From: Oikopleura dioica
Lineage: Eukaryota > Animalia > Chordata
Length of the DNA: 64,000 nt
Direction of reading: 5' to 3'
NCBI GenBank assembly: GCA_907165135.1
Contig: OU015566.1
Location: 5,084,001 to 5,148,000, forward strand
Shown: positions 1 to 11,637 of the stretch, piece by piece
Layout: each line of letters starts with the position of its first letter
Position numbering within the stretch: position 1 is the first letter of the stretch
Position numbers and translations under genes: made by a program
Notes under the pieces: model-generated
What the model was told of the DNA's origin: nothing
Databases searched by the model: none
What the model saw: only the letters and a program-made list of their open reading frames with translations

Positions 1-637
1 TACACAGGTTGCAAAGTCTAGCAACCGGGATTTTAAGTAAAATAACCCGCTCAAAAGCGTATTAATCGGATTTAATCTTTTTGCAAAAAAAAAGATAGAA
101 ACAATCAATAGTTGACAGACTCGAGGTATTTTTCGATCATCTGCACTTTCTGAAAATGAAACACTCTGATTTTCCGATGATCGCTTTTCAAGAGGCTATT
201 TTAACGCGATTCGGGAGAAAACCGAAGTGCCAAAATGAAGAGGAACAAACTGGAGATTTGAATTCAGCGTTTCAAAAAGGAATTGCTGAAATTCAAAAGA
301 TTTTGAGATTTTTTTGAAAAGATTTTTAATCAGACATTTTTCGTGGAAAAAGACCCACAAATTTTCGCAAAAATCTCGAAAAATATTTTCTGAAATCTGA
401 TTTGCCTGCCAACAAAATGCACGAATCTAATTGGCCCAAAATTTTCTCAAAATTGGGGTAAAAATTGTCGGGTGAAAACTGTCGATCTTATTGCCCTTCC
501 GACAAAAAGCGAAAATCTGATTGGTCCAAAATTTTTCAAAGATTTTAGTTTGAATTTTGGTCTAAAATTGTCGATTGGCGCAGCCCGAATTTTAAAGGCA
601 AATAAATTCAAAATTAAAAAGCAATTTCCAGAAGCAT

Positions 638-852
638 TGTGGGATCGGAATTTTCCCCGAGCTCACTTCTCGCCCGTCCCCTCTCATCTCTTATCATTAG
701 GCCAGGCGCCTCGCGCACTAGAAATAGCCCTGCACTACCCTGAACAAGACACTCTCTGAATTACTGAAATAAAACAATAGAACCGGCCAAGTAGAGTCCC
801 CTTCCTGCAGGAAACCAAGAGAACAACTACGAGAGAAAGTTCGGATCTCTCA
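638..852 (+). repeat. 5' LTR (215 bp)
   Basis: Starts TGTGGGATC, ends TCTCA; AATAAA at 768-773; no difference from the 3' LTR found by eye. Confidence 0.97.
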
Positions 853-854
853 TC

Positions 855-872
855 TGGTGACCTCGCTACGAA
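855..872 (+). promoter_or_regulatory. Primer binding site, tRNA-Trp-like
   Basis: TGGTGACCTCGCTACGAA 2 nt after the LTR; its complement ends GAGGTCACCA, resembling the tRNA-Trp 3' end GGGGUCACCA. Confidence 0.75.
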
Positions 873-918
873 TTCGCGCCCCAGCAGAGAGCCAGAAAAG
901 GAAAGGGTTTTATATTTC

Positions 919-2650
919 ATGTCAGATGCTTCAACAATTATAAACAAAGCGTTACACTATACGAGTAAAGTATCAGCTGCCATAAGACAGAGTCTTCTTT
1001 TTCTTCCATTGGTACACGGAGACGAAGAAACACAGACGAACTACAGACAGACAAATCAAATACCTACGAACGCTGAAATTGTTGAACGCTTGAAAGAACT
1101 GAATCTTGAATACATTGTTTTTATCTTTTCTACATATCGCGGACGATTCTTTCTGATCCCGATCGAACTTCGAGAAATTCCAGTCTACAGGAATCAAGTC
1201 AAAGCTTTTTCAACACTACTTCACGATTTTAAAACGAACGAAAGTCTCAGAAGAAGAACATCGCTATTAGACGTTGAAGAGCTCCTACAACTTACAGACG
1301 AAGGATTACCCGGATTTGTTATCTACGCAATAAGAACAATAATCCAGACGGTTAACATTAATAAACCAATCGTAAACAGTGGATTAGAAATTGCAGTTCA
1401 AATGGAGCAAGAAAATGCCAGCGAAGGTTCTAATAATGAAACAATTTTCGAAGATGCTGTAGACGACGGTCCAGATCAAATTGATGAAAGCATTAGACAG
1501 ACTGAAGACGAAGTAAACCGGACATTCAGTGAAAACCCGCTGTTTAATGAAGAAGCAACATTTACGCGACCGAGGCCAAGAAGCTACCAAGTCAACAACA
1601 CAACTGATAGCAAAGACGATTCCGACAATTGGGCTGAAAAATGGAAAAATCACCGAATTCCAAAGTTTGCCGATTCCGGTCTCGGAATAAAAGACTGGGC
1701 AAACAAAGTAATCTTTATGATCGACTTTTCACGAAAACGGCCATTGAATGATAAAGAAAAATGCCAGCTTTTTGGAAAATATTCCGACGAAATCATTTGG
1801 CCCGATACTTGAGTCCTTCTCCCAGACAGCAAATAAAAACTATGAAGACCTTCTATCTGTACTCGAAAATGAGCTACAAATTGACGAAGCTGAAGCGAGC
1901 ATGTCCCTCGCCAATCTCAAATTCGAAGAGTCTCGCGACAAGGACCTGAAGCGCTTTTTTGAAAAAATAATGAAATTGACGAAAATCAAATATCCGAATT
2001 TGGACAAAGAAGGTCTCCTCACAACGAGTATGGAACACTTTGAAAAGCTCATACCGAACTACATAAAAAACTCGGAAAATTGGGGATTGGACGTTTACGA
2101 TGACAGTGATCCGATGAGAAGAATCCAACTTGCTAATAGACTATACAACCTTCACAAAAGCAAGCGATCAGTCAATACATTCTCGGATAACAGGAACAAA
2201 AGTGGTCAAAAACATAACTCATCTTCCCAATCGAAATCTTGTACAAATTGTGGGAAAAGAGGTCATATTCGCCCAGAATGCCGCTTGCTTCCTGAATGTC
2301 ATGGCTGTGGAAAAAGAGGACATTTAAAGAAAGAATGTCGCAGCTCAGCTAGAAAGGATAATCATCAGTCTAGAGGTGGTCATTCTGGCAGTTCCCGTGG
2401 AACCGGCCGAGGATATTTTCAAAATCATACTCAGCAACAAGGGCGACAACAGTATCAAAGCCAGCAGAGTTCCCGAGGAAACTTTAGACCAAATGGGCAA
2501 AACCGAAACTGCTTCAACTGTAATTCGCCAAATCACTGGGCAAAAGACTGTCCGCGACCTCGGCGCCAAGTTAATAATATGAACTTGGGCAACTCTCAAC
2601 CTCAAGGTCATGAAATGAGAAACACGCCGTTCATTCAAATCGACAACTAA
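919..2650 (+). CDS. gag: Gag, split over two frames by one extra base near 1801-1803; three CCHC knuckles
   Basis: ORFs 919-1812 and 1748-2650 join as ...SDEIIWP|ILESF...; knuckles CTNCGKRGHIRPEC, CHGCGKRGHLKKEC, CFNCNSPNHWAKDC. Confidence 0.85.
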
Positions 2651-2674
2651 AAACCCTGCTAAGATTTTGTAAAT

Positions 2675-5600
2675 ATGCTGCCGCTCATTTCGATCACGCT
2701 AGTCCAATACGATTCTGACGAGGCTGAAACAACTGTCGAATTATCGAACGTTTTGGTGGATACCGGAGCAGAAACAAGTCTTGTATCATCCGATGATATT
2801 CCACTGAATTTTATAACTGAAGATTCTCCGCCTACCACCCTTTCCAACGCGATAGAAAGTAATTTCGCTAGATGCTCAAGACAAATCATCTGTAATATTC
2901 GTCTGCCTGAGAAGAACATTGAAATTTCAAATTGCAAACTGCTCGTTCTTGAGAATTCTTCGCAGTTGGCATTTGGTGCGATTTTAGGAATGAACATCCT
3001 TTCCAAAGTTCAAATTCGAATTGGCAATCGTGACAACATTCTTCAGGTGAACCGCACAAGAATTTCACAACCACTCGAACTTATCATCTCTCCAAATGGA
3101 AACAAATCAGGTCTGACACTCAAGGATAACACTTATCTTTACCCTGGTGAACTCAACAAAACTGCTTACGTGAACATTTGGAGTCCAAGTGGACAGATCT
3201 TCTCTATCAATGATACGATCCGAACAGTTCCACGCCTGGAAGATAACTGTATATTGGTAGAGAACAAAATTTTCCGTGAGCAATGGACCCATGTCAAGTT
3301 GAGCAATCACTCCTCCAGGGACGTTTTTATCGAAGCCGGAAGTTTGATTGCGACAGTTTACCACCCTCAAGATCCTGAAGAATGCTTACTCAATACACTT
3401 GTAAGTGTCAAAGACATCTCAGACGCGGAAAAGATCGTTCACCAAAAAGACCTCAAAAAATGGTATGACCAACGGAACGAATTGACAAAGCAGATCTCCG
3501 TCGACAAGGAGATTGATGAAAAAGTGTTAGAAGCACCATCAATCCGCCGCGAACGATTGCGCGCTATACTGAACAAGTTTTCTTGGAGCTACGCTAGAAA
3601 TTCTTCCGACAACGGTCTTTCACAAAAATATCTCGCAGAACTGAAGCTTGTTGGCGATCATGCCACATTCTCCCCGCCTTATCCTATCAAAACTGAACTT
3701 ATCGAGAAAATCGAGGACAAGCTAACGGAAATGGAAAATGGCTACATTGTGGAAGAAACTTGTTCAGCGTTCAACAGTCCCGTTCTCTTCATCATGAAAC
3801 CTAACGGTTCTCTTCGCTGCGTTAATAACTACTCAAGCGGTAGCGACTCAATAAATTCCAGAATCATAATGCCGCGTTTTCCGACCATTAACATCAGAGT
3901 TCTACTGCAACTGACTGGAAACAACATCACCGCACTAAAGTCAAAGAGGCCAAACGAAAAAGTCCTGTTTTCGTCATTTGACCTTGCCAACGCATTCTAC
4001 TGTCTTTCGTTGCGAGAATCAAGCCGAACGTATACATCCTTTCTCTACAGTCGTCGACAATTGCAATATTGCCGGCTGGCGCAAGGTTTATCAAGCTCAC
4101 CGTCAATCTTCGCCGCCTTTATCCACAAATGCTTCGCTGGATTGTCATCAGAAGAAAAAGGGTATTATACGATCAACTACCAAGACGACCTAGCGATTAT
4201 CGCTTCAGAAAATGCAATGGCTGACGCAATCGAAGCAGTACTGACGAGATGCCGAGAAAACAACCTTGTTGTGCGTCTCCCAAAATGCGAATTCTACAAA
4301 TCAAGTCTCTCATTTCTTGGTTATGTCTTGTCCGAAGATGGTATCAAAGTTCCCGAGAAACGAATCAAAACTTTACTCGAACTGCCGTTTCCCACAAATC
4401 AACGAGAGGCGCAAAAGTTTCAAGGCTGCTTCATGTACTATCTACGACAAACACCGGAACTTTCAGCTCTTCTCAGCCCGCTGTCGAAACAGATTGCCAT
4501 GAAAAAACACTACGTTCTCACAGAAGAAATAAAGAAAAACATACTCCTACTGCGCGAAAACATCAAGAATGGATTGCAAACATGCCATTTAGAATACAAC
4601 TGCCGAAATCCAAACCGAAAAATCTTCATTTGCGCGGATACAGCCTTGACTAAAACTGGCGGAGTCATAGGCAACGTTACCATTGAAGACGGTCATCTTT
4701 ATGATATCAAAATCGCAGCCTACTTTTCGAAGCAACTCACCGATCAGGAAACCCTGTTGAGCAGTCGCGCTCGCGAACTGATCGGACTGCAAGCAGCACT
4801 CCGAGCGTTCAAGGACATGGTCCCGCTAACGGAAGAGCTTATCCTGTTTACTGACCATAGAAGCTTGGAAGGGTGCATCCACAGCTCTGGTCTACGAGGC
4901 AATGGAGGAACGAGAGTACGAAGTGCATACGCCGACTTGGTCGAATTTCCGAGAGCTAGAGTCTTTTATATTCCAAATACTACTGATCTGATAAAATGTT
5001 GTGATTCAATCTCGCGATTTGACATTAGCAGCAGCGAATTGAACCCACAAGTTTTCCACCCAAAAGAGTACCGAAAAGCCGCGGAAGGCGAAAAAGTTGA
5101 ACCAGAAGAAAAGTCAATGAAGAAAAGTCAAGTTAACGCTGTCAAATTGCGTAAAAAAGTTGAAGAAGTCGATTATTTGAAAATTGTTCGGGAGCAGCTG
5201 GCCAGCAAATTCTCCACAATACACGAAAAACTCGAGGATAATGAAGAAATTGAAGTTAATGGAAAAATGTTTACCAAACGGAATAATGGTCTGTACTTGA
5301 AAACGAAAGAAGGACGTCTCCTTCTTGTCATTCCGAAAGATCTCGGATACAATCTACTTGAAACTCTCCATGTCAGAGGTGCACACTGTGGCACTAAAAG
5401 TTTACTCTATCAAATCGAACAAGAAGACATCTGGGTGGAATCGAAAACGAAAACCGCAGCCGAAGTAGTGCGTGGTTGCATTCTTTGCAAACTCATCTAT
5501 CGAAAATCAGAAAAGAAATCAAAAGATCAGAAAATAAAACCAAGTTTCTCTCCCTACAGTATGGCGTACACTGACATCGTCGAAATTCGATCCGAAAATG

Positions 5601-6551
5601 GAACGATTTTTAATGTCCTCTCATTTCAAGATCACTTCTCTCGAAAAGTTACCTACAGAATCGTAAGAAATAAAGAAAGTGCTACAGTAGCAGAAGCTCT
5701 TTCTGAATTGATCACGGACGTCGGTGGTCAAGGACAACTCACCCTAGTTTCCGACAACGGTCCTGAGTTCACCGGAAAATGCACCGAAAATGTACTCGCC
5801 TCAATGAACGTCCGACATTGCTACATCAGCCCTACGAATAGTAGGGCGAATATCGTCGAACGATTTCATGCAGAATTGAGAAAAATCTTGAAAACATCGG
5901 ACATCAACGCAAAAAAATGCAAAGCACAAAATTGATTTGAGTGTCTCAATCTACAACAACCGTCCATCAGAAGCACTTGGTTATAGAACTCCAAACCAGT
6001 GTCTTAGTAACATTGATCCTCCGAAATATTTTTGTCTTTCCAGTCCGAGCGATCCGGAAATCGAGCCAGAATATGGGTCACACGTCACCGATCTGAGAAT
6101 GATGCAAGGAATCGTCGCTAGAAATCATTTGGAAAATTTCTTATCAGAGCCCGTCAACGACCAAGACATTTACGATGAAGGCGACATTTGTGTTCTCCGC
6201 GAATCAAGTTTAGTTGGTCATTCCAAAGGGAATGAAGGACCTTTTATCGTCAAAAAGAAAAAGCAAAACAACAATGTGATCATCAAAAGCCTCATTACCG
6301 GACGAATGTACCAACGAAACACAAGATTTCTCTCGAAAATTTACCTCACGGAAGATGATAAAAAGAAACTGATAATTGATGATTCGATTATCTTTGATGC
6401 AAAAACACGTGAAATCGGGCCAAAAGCCTTAGAAGGGGTAAAGGGAATTTTAGACATTACTTTCAAAAACCCTCTAAAGAATCAAGAAAACATCAGCGAT
6501 CCAGACACGACTGAAGGCACAAGAAAATACAATCTGAGGCCGCGGAAATGA
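2675..6551 (+). CDS. pol: Pol (protease-RT-RNase H-integrase), one extra A in A7 run 5911-5917
   Basis: VLVDTGA protease; FDLANAFY and YQDD RT; ADTA...ELIGL...TDHRSL RNase H; HHCC and D-D(SDNGPEF)-E integrase; YNNRPSEALGYRTP continues in ORF 5937-6551. Confidence 0.95.
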
Positions 6552-9500
6552 GGCTCGGAATGATCCTGGCCATCAACGCGCTGCTCCACTGCTTATTCCT
6601 TTTCCCGTTTTTACCAACCACAAACGCATCATCAATCATCTCAAATGTCACCTCGACAAACGGAGTCATCACATACCAAATTCCAGGAGAACAAGTTTAC
6701 CTTGTTCAAAGTGAAACTCCATCGAATCTTTCATTCACGTTTCCCGCACCAATAATTCCTGAAAAGTCATGGTCTTCTTGCTCTTCAAGCAATAGAAATA
6801 TTACTACAATGGCAAGAAACTACGTAGAAAAATTGATGGAAAATTGGTTGAAACTAGACATCGAAGTTCCTCTTGGTCCCAACGAAATTACAGTCACAAA
6901 TCAGAAAGTCATCCTGCCCGAAGAAGTCAAACGTAGACTGAATTTTGAAGTTGAATTTGTATTTCCAAACGAAAAAAGACTCTCGCTTAAGAGCACTGAA
7001 TTTTCGCAATTTCATTTCCAACAATGCGCTCCTTTGGAAAATTTGCATGTCATTCGAATAACGTCCACCGAAGAATTCAACAGCGTTATCTTCAAAACAA
7101 ATGCTTTCGACAATTTATTAGACGAATGTTTATGGAAATCAAACGAAGGTTCAGTAACGTCGCAGATTTTGGAATACGTGGGTCTTACAAAAGTTACAGC
7201 TATGCCCACAAAATCTGCTTCTCTCTCTGTCGAGTTCGTCGGTCCAACAGTCATCAATGCTGATCATAAAAACGAAACGAAATCCTGCTTATCACTCCGA
7301 ATCGAAGAAATTTTTCTGCTTTATGATGAATCGCTGGATGAAACGGTTAGCAAAATCGACGAAAAACCGATCACTACGACCAAAACTACAACAAAATCAG
7401 CAATTGAACCTGTTAGCACCGAAAAGACAACAACAGCGACCAACGAAACAGATTCTGAAGGAAATATTCTCGGCATTATCACCCAATTTGGATCAAGTCT
7501 GTTCAACGATCTAGGAGAAAGTCGAGCGATTGCAACCGCGAACAAACTCTGGCTAAACACTTTTCACTCAAAAAATGACACTTATTTGCCGTATCTGAAG
7601 AACGAAACATTACACTCGCTGCTAGAAAACGTTTACCGAAATGGAAGCGTAAGACACAAGATTCGGTTGCCAGAACACTCCTGTTCTGATGCGTTTGAAT
7701 TGCAAACAATCATCGAACTGTCAAAACCTATTCATACAATTGGAATATCGCTAGATGTTTCAGACCAAACAAAGGATTGGCTCGAACACCACAAGACCAC
7801 CTATCTTGATATTTTGGAATTGTATAAACTGAAGGCAAAACAAATACGGCTCAATAAAAACTACATGGATAAATATTTAGAAGATTCACTGACACTTCCG
7901 AGGCAACCACCTTATGTCGTTCAATGTCGCACCCATCTCGAGGATTATATAGAAGTCAATTGTGAAGTCCCTAGCGGCTTCTTTTGCCTCGACTGTGTCG
8001 AACGATATTTTCTATTATTCTCAATCAGACTTAGTAAAAACAATTGCGAAACCTTCAAAACTTTTCTCGCCGAACATGGAACTACAAAATATGACGTCAA
8101 GTATCAAGTGGTGCCACCTCACAGAAAGCCAAGAAGCCGTCGAAGGCGTCAAGCTCAAATCCTAGCTGCCGTTGGCGTTCCGATACTGCTGTCTGGAGCG
8201 ACAAGCTTTGTTACAAACAAAATCATGGACAGAAAGCAGAATGAGAAAATCGAAAATGTACGAAAAACCGTCCAGTTGTCATCGCTCCAGCAAAAAAGAT
8301 CTAACACAACTCGTACAATCTGATATTCAAAAAATTGATTTCGAATTCGATCATATCTACGAGACAGTGAACACAGTAACTGAAAGGCAATGCGAAGAAC
8401 TTGGGAAACTGTCTGATAGAATGTTCTTAGAGCTGGTCAATGACATTTTCGTCCAATACCAGTTATCTGTCATGAATTTTTTTGTCAGACATAAGTACTC
8501 AAAATCAGCATTCACTGTATATGGCGACTATAATCAAACTGTGTCAATCATCAAACATCAAATCTTTTGCAGCTTGCGAAAATTTCGTTACATCGAAGAA
8601 AGCTAAAATCCATGGAATTGAACCAATCGTAACCAACAATGGACTTGTGACACTGAAAATTCTGGTTGAAGTGAAAATGCCTTCTATTGAACACCTGGGC
8701 GAAGCAATTCGAACACTCTCTATTGGTCTACCAATTGCCCAAGAAAAAGGAAACTATTTCTACGAGTTCTCTCTCGTCCCAAAAATGATGTCTGTGAAAT
8801 TGGATGGGCAAATTACAGTTCTGGATAATTGCAAAAATGAAGGCTCAATCTTTTGCACATATGACGAAGTCCTGCGAAGCTCTTTCGGTGAAACATGTGC
8901 CCGACAAGTTATTCACCACGCAAATCTGACAAGTTGCGCGAAACAAGTCTTTCAATCAACATCGCCATGTATTTATCAAGCATCTCCTTCTCAAATTCTA
9001 CTCTCATCATTCCGTAGAACTAGTCTACTGAATACAAATGAAGAAATTGCAGGGAAAGAACCGACTGTCACGTTACTCAACCGAACCAATTCACAAGCGC
9101 TCATGTGTGGATCAAATATTCTGACACTTCCGAAATTGTCGACTGAAGAAATAGTTCTGGAAACAACAAGCTCATACTCACGAATCCGTTCTAGAGCCGA
9201 ACAATGGATATCAAAATCCGATTATTTGAAAATTGGAAAATTTGCAAATCGAACGAGCTACTTTTCTCCGGAAACGTATTCGAAACTGGAAGAAACGGAG
9301 GACAGAGTACATCCGGAACTATCGAAAATCTACAAGAAAGTAAAACCACTATCATTTTACCTCATGGCTGTTTGCGTCATTTTATCAGTAGCAACGATAT
9401 TGTATTTTCTCTTCAAGTATTCATATCAAATGACAAAGAAGATTTTCAATCGTTTCAGAAGTCAAGAAAGTCAGTCCCAAGAAATTCTACCCCTCCAACC

Positions 9501-9561
9501 GCAAATAACAACAAGAAATCGAAGCCGTTCTACTAGAAGCTTTCGCCAGTTCAACCTCTAA
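6548..9561 (+). CDS. env: Env glycoprotein, ~1000 aa after removing two extra bases (A6 8292-8297, T7 8477-8483)
   Basis: Signal peptide MRLGMILAINALLHCLFLFPFL; polybasic RSRRRR followed by hydrophobic QAQILAAVGVPILLSGA; Cys-rich ectodomain; TM LSFYLMAVCVILSVATILYFLF; many N-x-S/T sites. Confidence 0.88.
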
Positions 9562-9618
9562 ACCTCTTCTCTACCGTCGCGCTCATTACTCTTGCCAGCC
9601 ACGCCACGCTCACCCATT

Positions 9619-9830
9619 TTCACACCTCGTCGCTACCATCAACTCCGCTGGCGCGCGCAGCGCCTTCCCAACTCAACTTTCGTCCTTAACTAGTGCGTCG
9701 CTGTCCAACTTCACACCTCGCCGCGCCCGACGCGCGCAGCGCCTGCTACAACGCCACTTTCGTCTCTAACTACTCCGTCGCGCCACTCGCTGCCAACTTC
9801 ACACCTCGCCGCTGCGCCGCGCGCATTGTT
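9619..9830. repeat. C-rich ~90-bp tandem repeat, about 2.3 copies
   Basis: TTCACACCTCG units start at 9619, 9710 and 9798 and share GCGCGCAGCGCC and ACTTTCGTC blocks. Confidence 0.8.
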
Positions 9831-10048
9831 AACCCGTTAAAGATACATTTAACTCGACCGCGCGCGCAGACACAAAATTTGAAAATTACGAAAAAATGAT
9901 TATGACGTCACTGACAAACCTTGGCTGCCGGAATACAAGTTTTCCAACAACAAATTTGAAAGAAGATAAAAACTCCTCCATTAAAAAAGAAGTGTTATAT
10001 ATTTTGAATTCACAGCAAAGAAAAATGTCAGTCACTCAAAAAGAATAA

Positions 10049-10543
10049 TCAAGCAAAATAAGATAGAACTTGTTGGCGAATTGTGGAGCAGAATTTGTCT
10101 TTCAACTCGTCACCAGACGCTTGTACGTAATTCTGATGATAAGCCAGCGAGCGGATTCGGAAGAAATCGTAATCGTCAATAAGAGGAATGTCGCGGGGCA
10201 TTATGAGTGTTGGGGAACACGCTTCTCCAAGCCACAACAACTCTCGGCACACTTCGTCGGGGCAGAACTCGTAGGGAAGAAACCGGAAACGTCTTTCAAA
10301 TGCGCCGTGGTCTCGTGGAGTCATCGTCTCACAAATTGTGTAGGTTTCTGAGTAGCCAAAGTACGCGCCCTCTGCGTTCCACCGGAACCGATATGACACC
10401 ACTCCGACGATCTCTTCGCCATCGTCAAAACCTCCAGTTTCAGCAAAAACGCGAGCAACTCGCCCGAGTCTTCGATTCCACTCTTGGAGAGTTCCTGGTT
10501 CGTGGAAATTTTCCATTACAGATCGAAAATCATCCATTATCAA
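10049..10543 (-). CDS. Unknown antisense ORF inside the retroelement (164 codons; first ATG 10537)
   Basis: Uninterrupted globular-looking ORF in a region with no sense-strand gene; putative acceptor TTTTTTATTTCTAG about 110 nt upstream on the minus strand. Confidence 0.6.
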   Translation of the reverse strand: MIMDDFRSVMENFHEPGTLQEWNRRLGRVARVFAETGGFDDGEEIVGVVSYRFRWNAEGAYFGYSETYTICETMTPRDHGAFERRFRFLPYEFCPDEVCRELLWLGEACSPTLIMPRDIPLIDDYDFFRIRSLAYHQNYVQASGDELKDKFCSTIRQQVLSYFA

Positions 10544-10726
10544 CAGACAGCAATGATACTGAAGTACTCTGACACTTGAACTCTGAAGGAATTTGCTAAC
10601 CTTCTGGATCAGGAGAAGTCGCCGTATCAGCAGACGCTTTATCGCCAGAGCACGCTAGAAATAAAAAATCAGATTTCAAGTTCTGAAAGCCCAGACTGAG
10701 AAAAACAGAAAACGAGAAAAATCAAA

Positions 10727-11221
10727 ATGCCTCGAAGAAATAGATCTCGAGCTTGCTACGATTGCGACGATTTAACGAAAAGACATCGCCTCCTCGACCC
10801 TTCGCATTTATGGTTCAAGGAAACACTAGAACATGGGAAATTCGAAAAGGACCAGATAATCGCGACAGCAGATGGAGGCGAATTTTGGGTTAACATTGTC
10901 TCTAAGAGATCCGGCGAATTAGAATATCTGAACTGCTCCGAACGAGGAATGATATGGTTTAAAATGGAAGACCCTACTTCAAGCGATATCAAGAATTTAA
11001 AAAAGGAACTAACCGAATTGAAAAAACAACTGGTATCCCTTGAAGAAACTATGCTTGGTCCCTTCAGAAGCGCTAGTGAACTTGAAATTCGAAATGAACT
11101 CAGCAAAATTAGCGACAGTGAATCGTCAGATGATACTCAGTGCAACAACGAGGTCAACAACGATGTCAACAACGACGTCAACGCCGCGAACAAATGCCAG
11201 AGTACTATTACTATCGATTAA
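10727..11221 (+). CDS. Unknown sense accessory ORF inside the retroelement (164 aa)
   Basis: AAAATG start; CxxC near the N-terminus; heptad segment IKNLKKELTELKKQLVSLEE; NNDV repeats at the C-terminus. Confidence 0.6.
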   Translation: MPRRNRSRACYDCDDLTKRHRLLDPSHLWFKETLEHGKFEKDQIIATADGGEFWVNIVSKRSGELEYLNCSERGMIWFKMEDPTSSDIKNLKKELTELKKQLVSLEETMLGPFRSASELEIRNELSKISDSESSDDTQCNNEVNNDVNNDVNAANKCQSTITID

Positions 11222-11637
11222 ATTTGTGCTTAATTATTTCGAAATCCCCAATGTAATTATTTAAGCCTCCTCATCTAATCACTAAAAAAAAAAAAAAAGT
11301 GCAATTATCTCGAATTACTAACAATTTTAAGATGAGGAGGGGAGTTTATTCATTTTGTAAATTAACGATGCGTGTGTTTGAAACAACGTAAAAATCCTGA
11401 AAAAAAAAAAAATCGTAAAATTCTATTATTCAACAGAAAAAAATCATAAAATCTAACATAGAAAAACAAAAAGAATTTACTAACAAAAGTTACCTGTATT
11501 TTTTGTGCAAATTATCGCCACGTTCTTTTTCGCTGTGTCTCGAATCTTTACTTTGAATCGTTATTTATACATTGATTGCTAAAGCTCTTACCTGTTATCG
11601 TTTATGTTTTCTTGCTGATTTATTTCGCCTTTCTCTC

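Noticed and set aside
472-759. 95-aa ORF running into the 5' LTR
   Set aside because: GTG-start frame crossing the insertion junction from flanking repeat DNA; an artefact of the insertion
1798-1812. Programmed +1 frameshift at CCC-G in gag
   Set aside because: Three other +1 shifts in homopolymers of the same element make a shared indel-error explanation simpler
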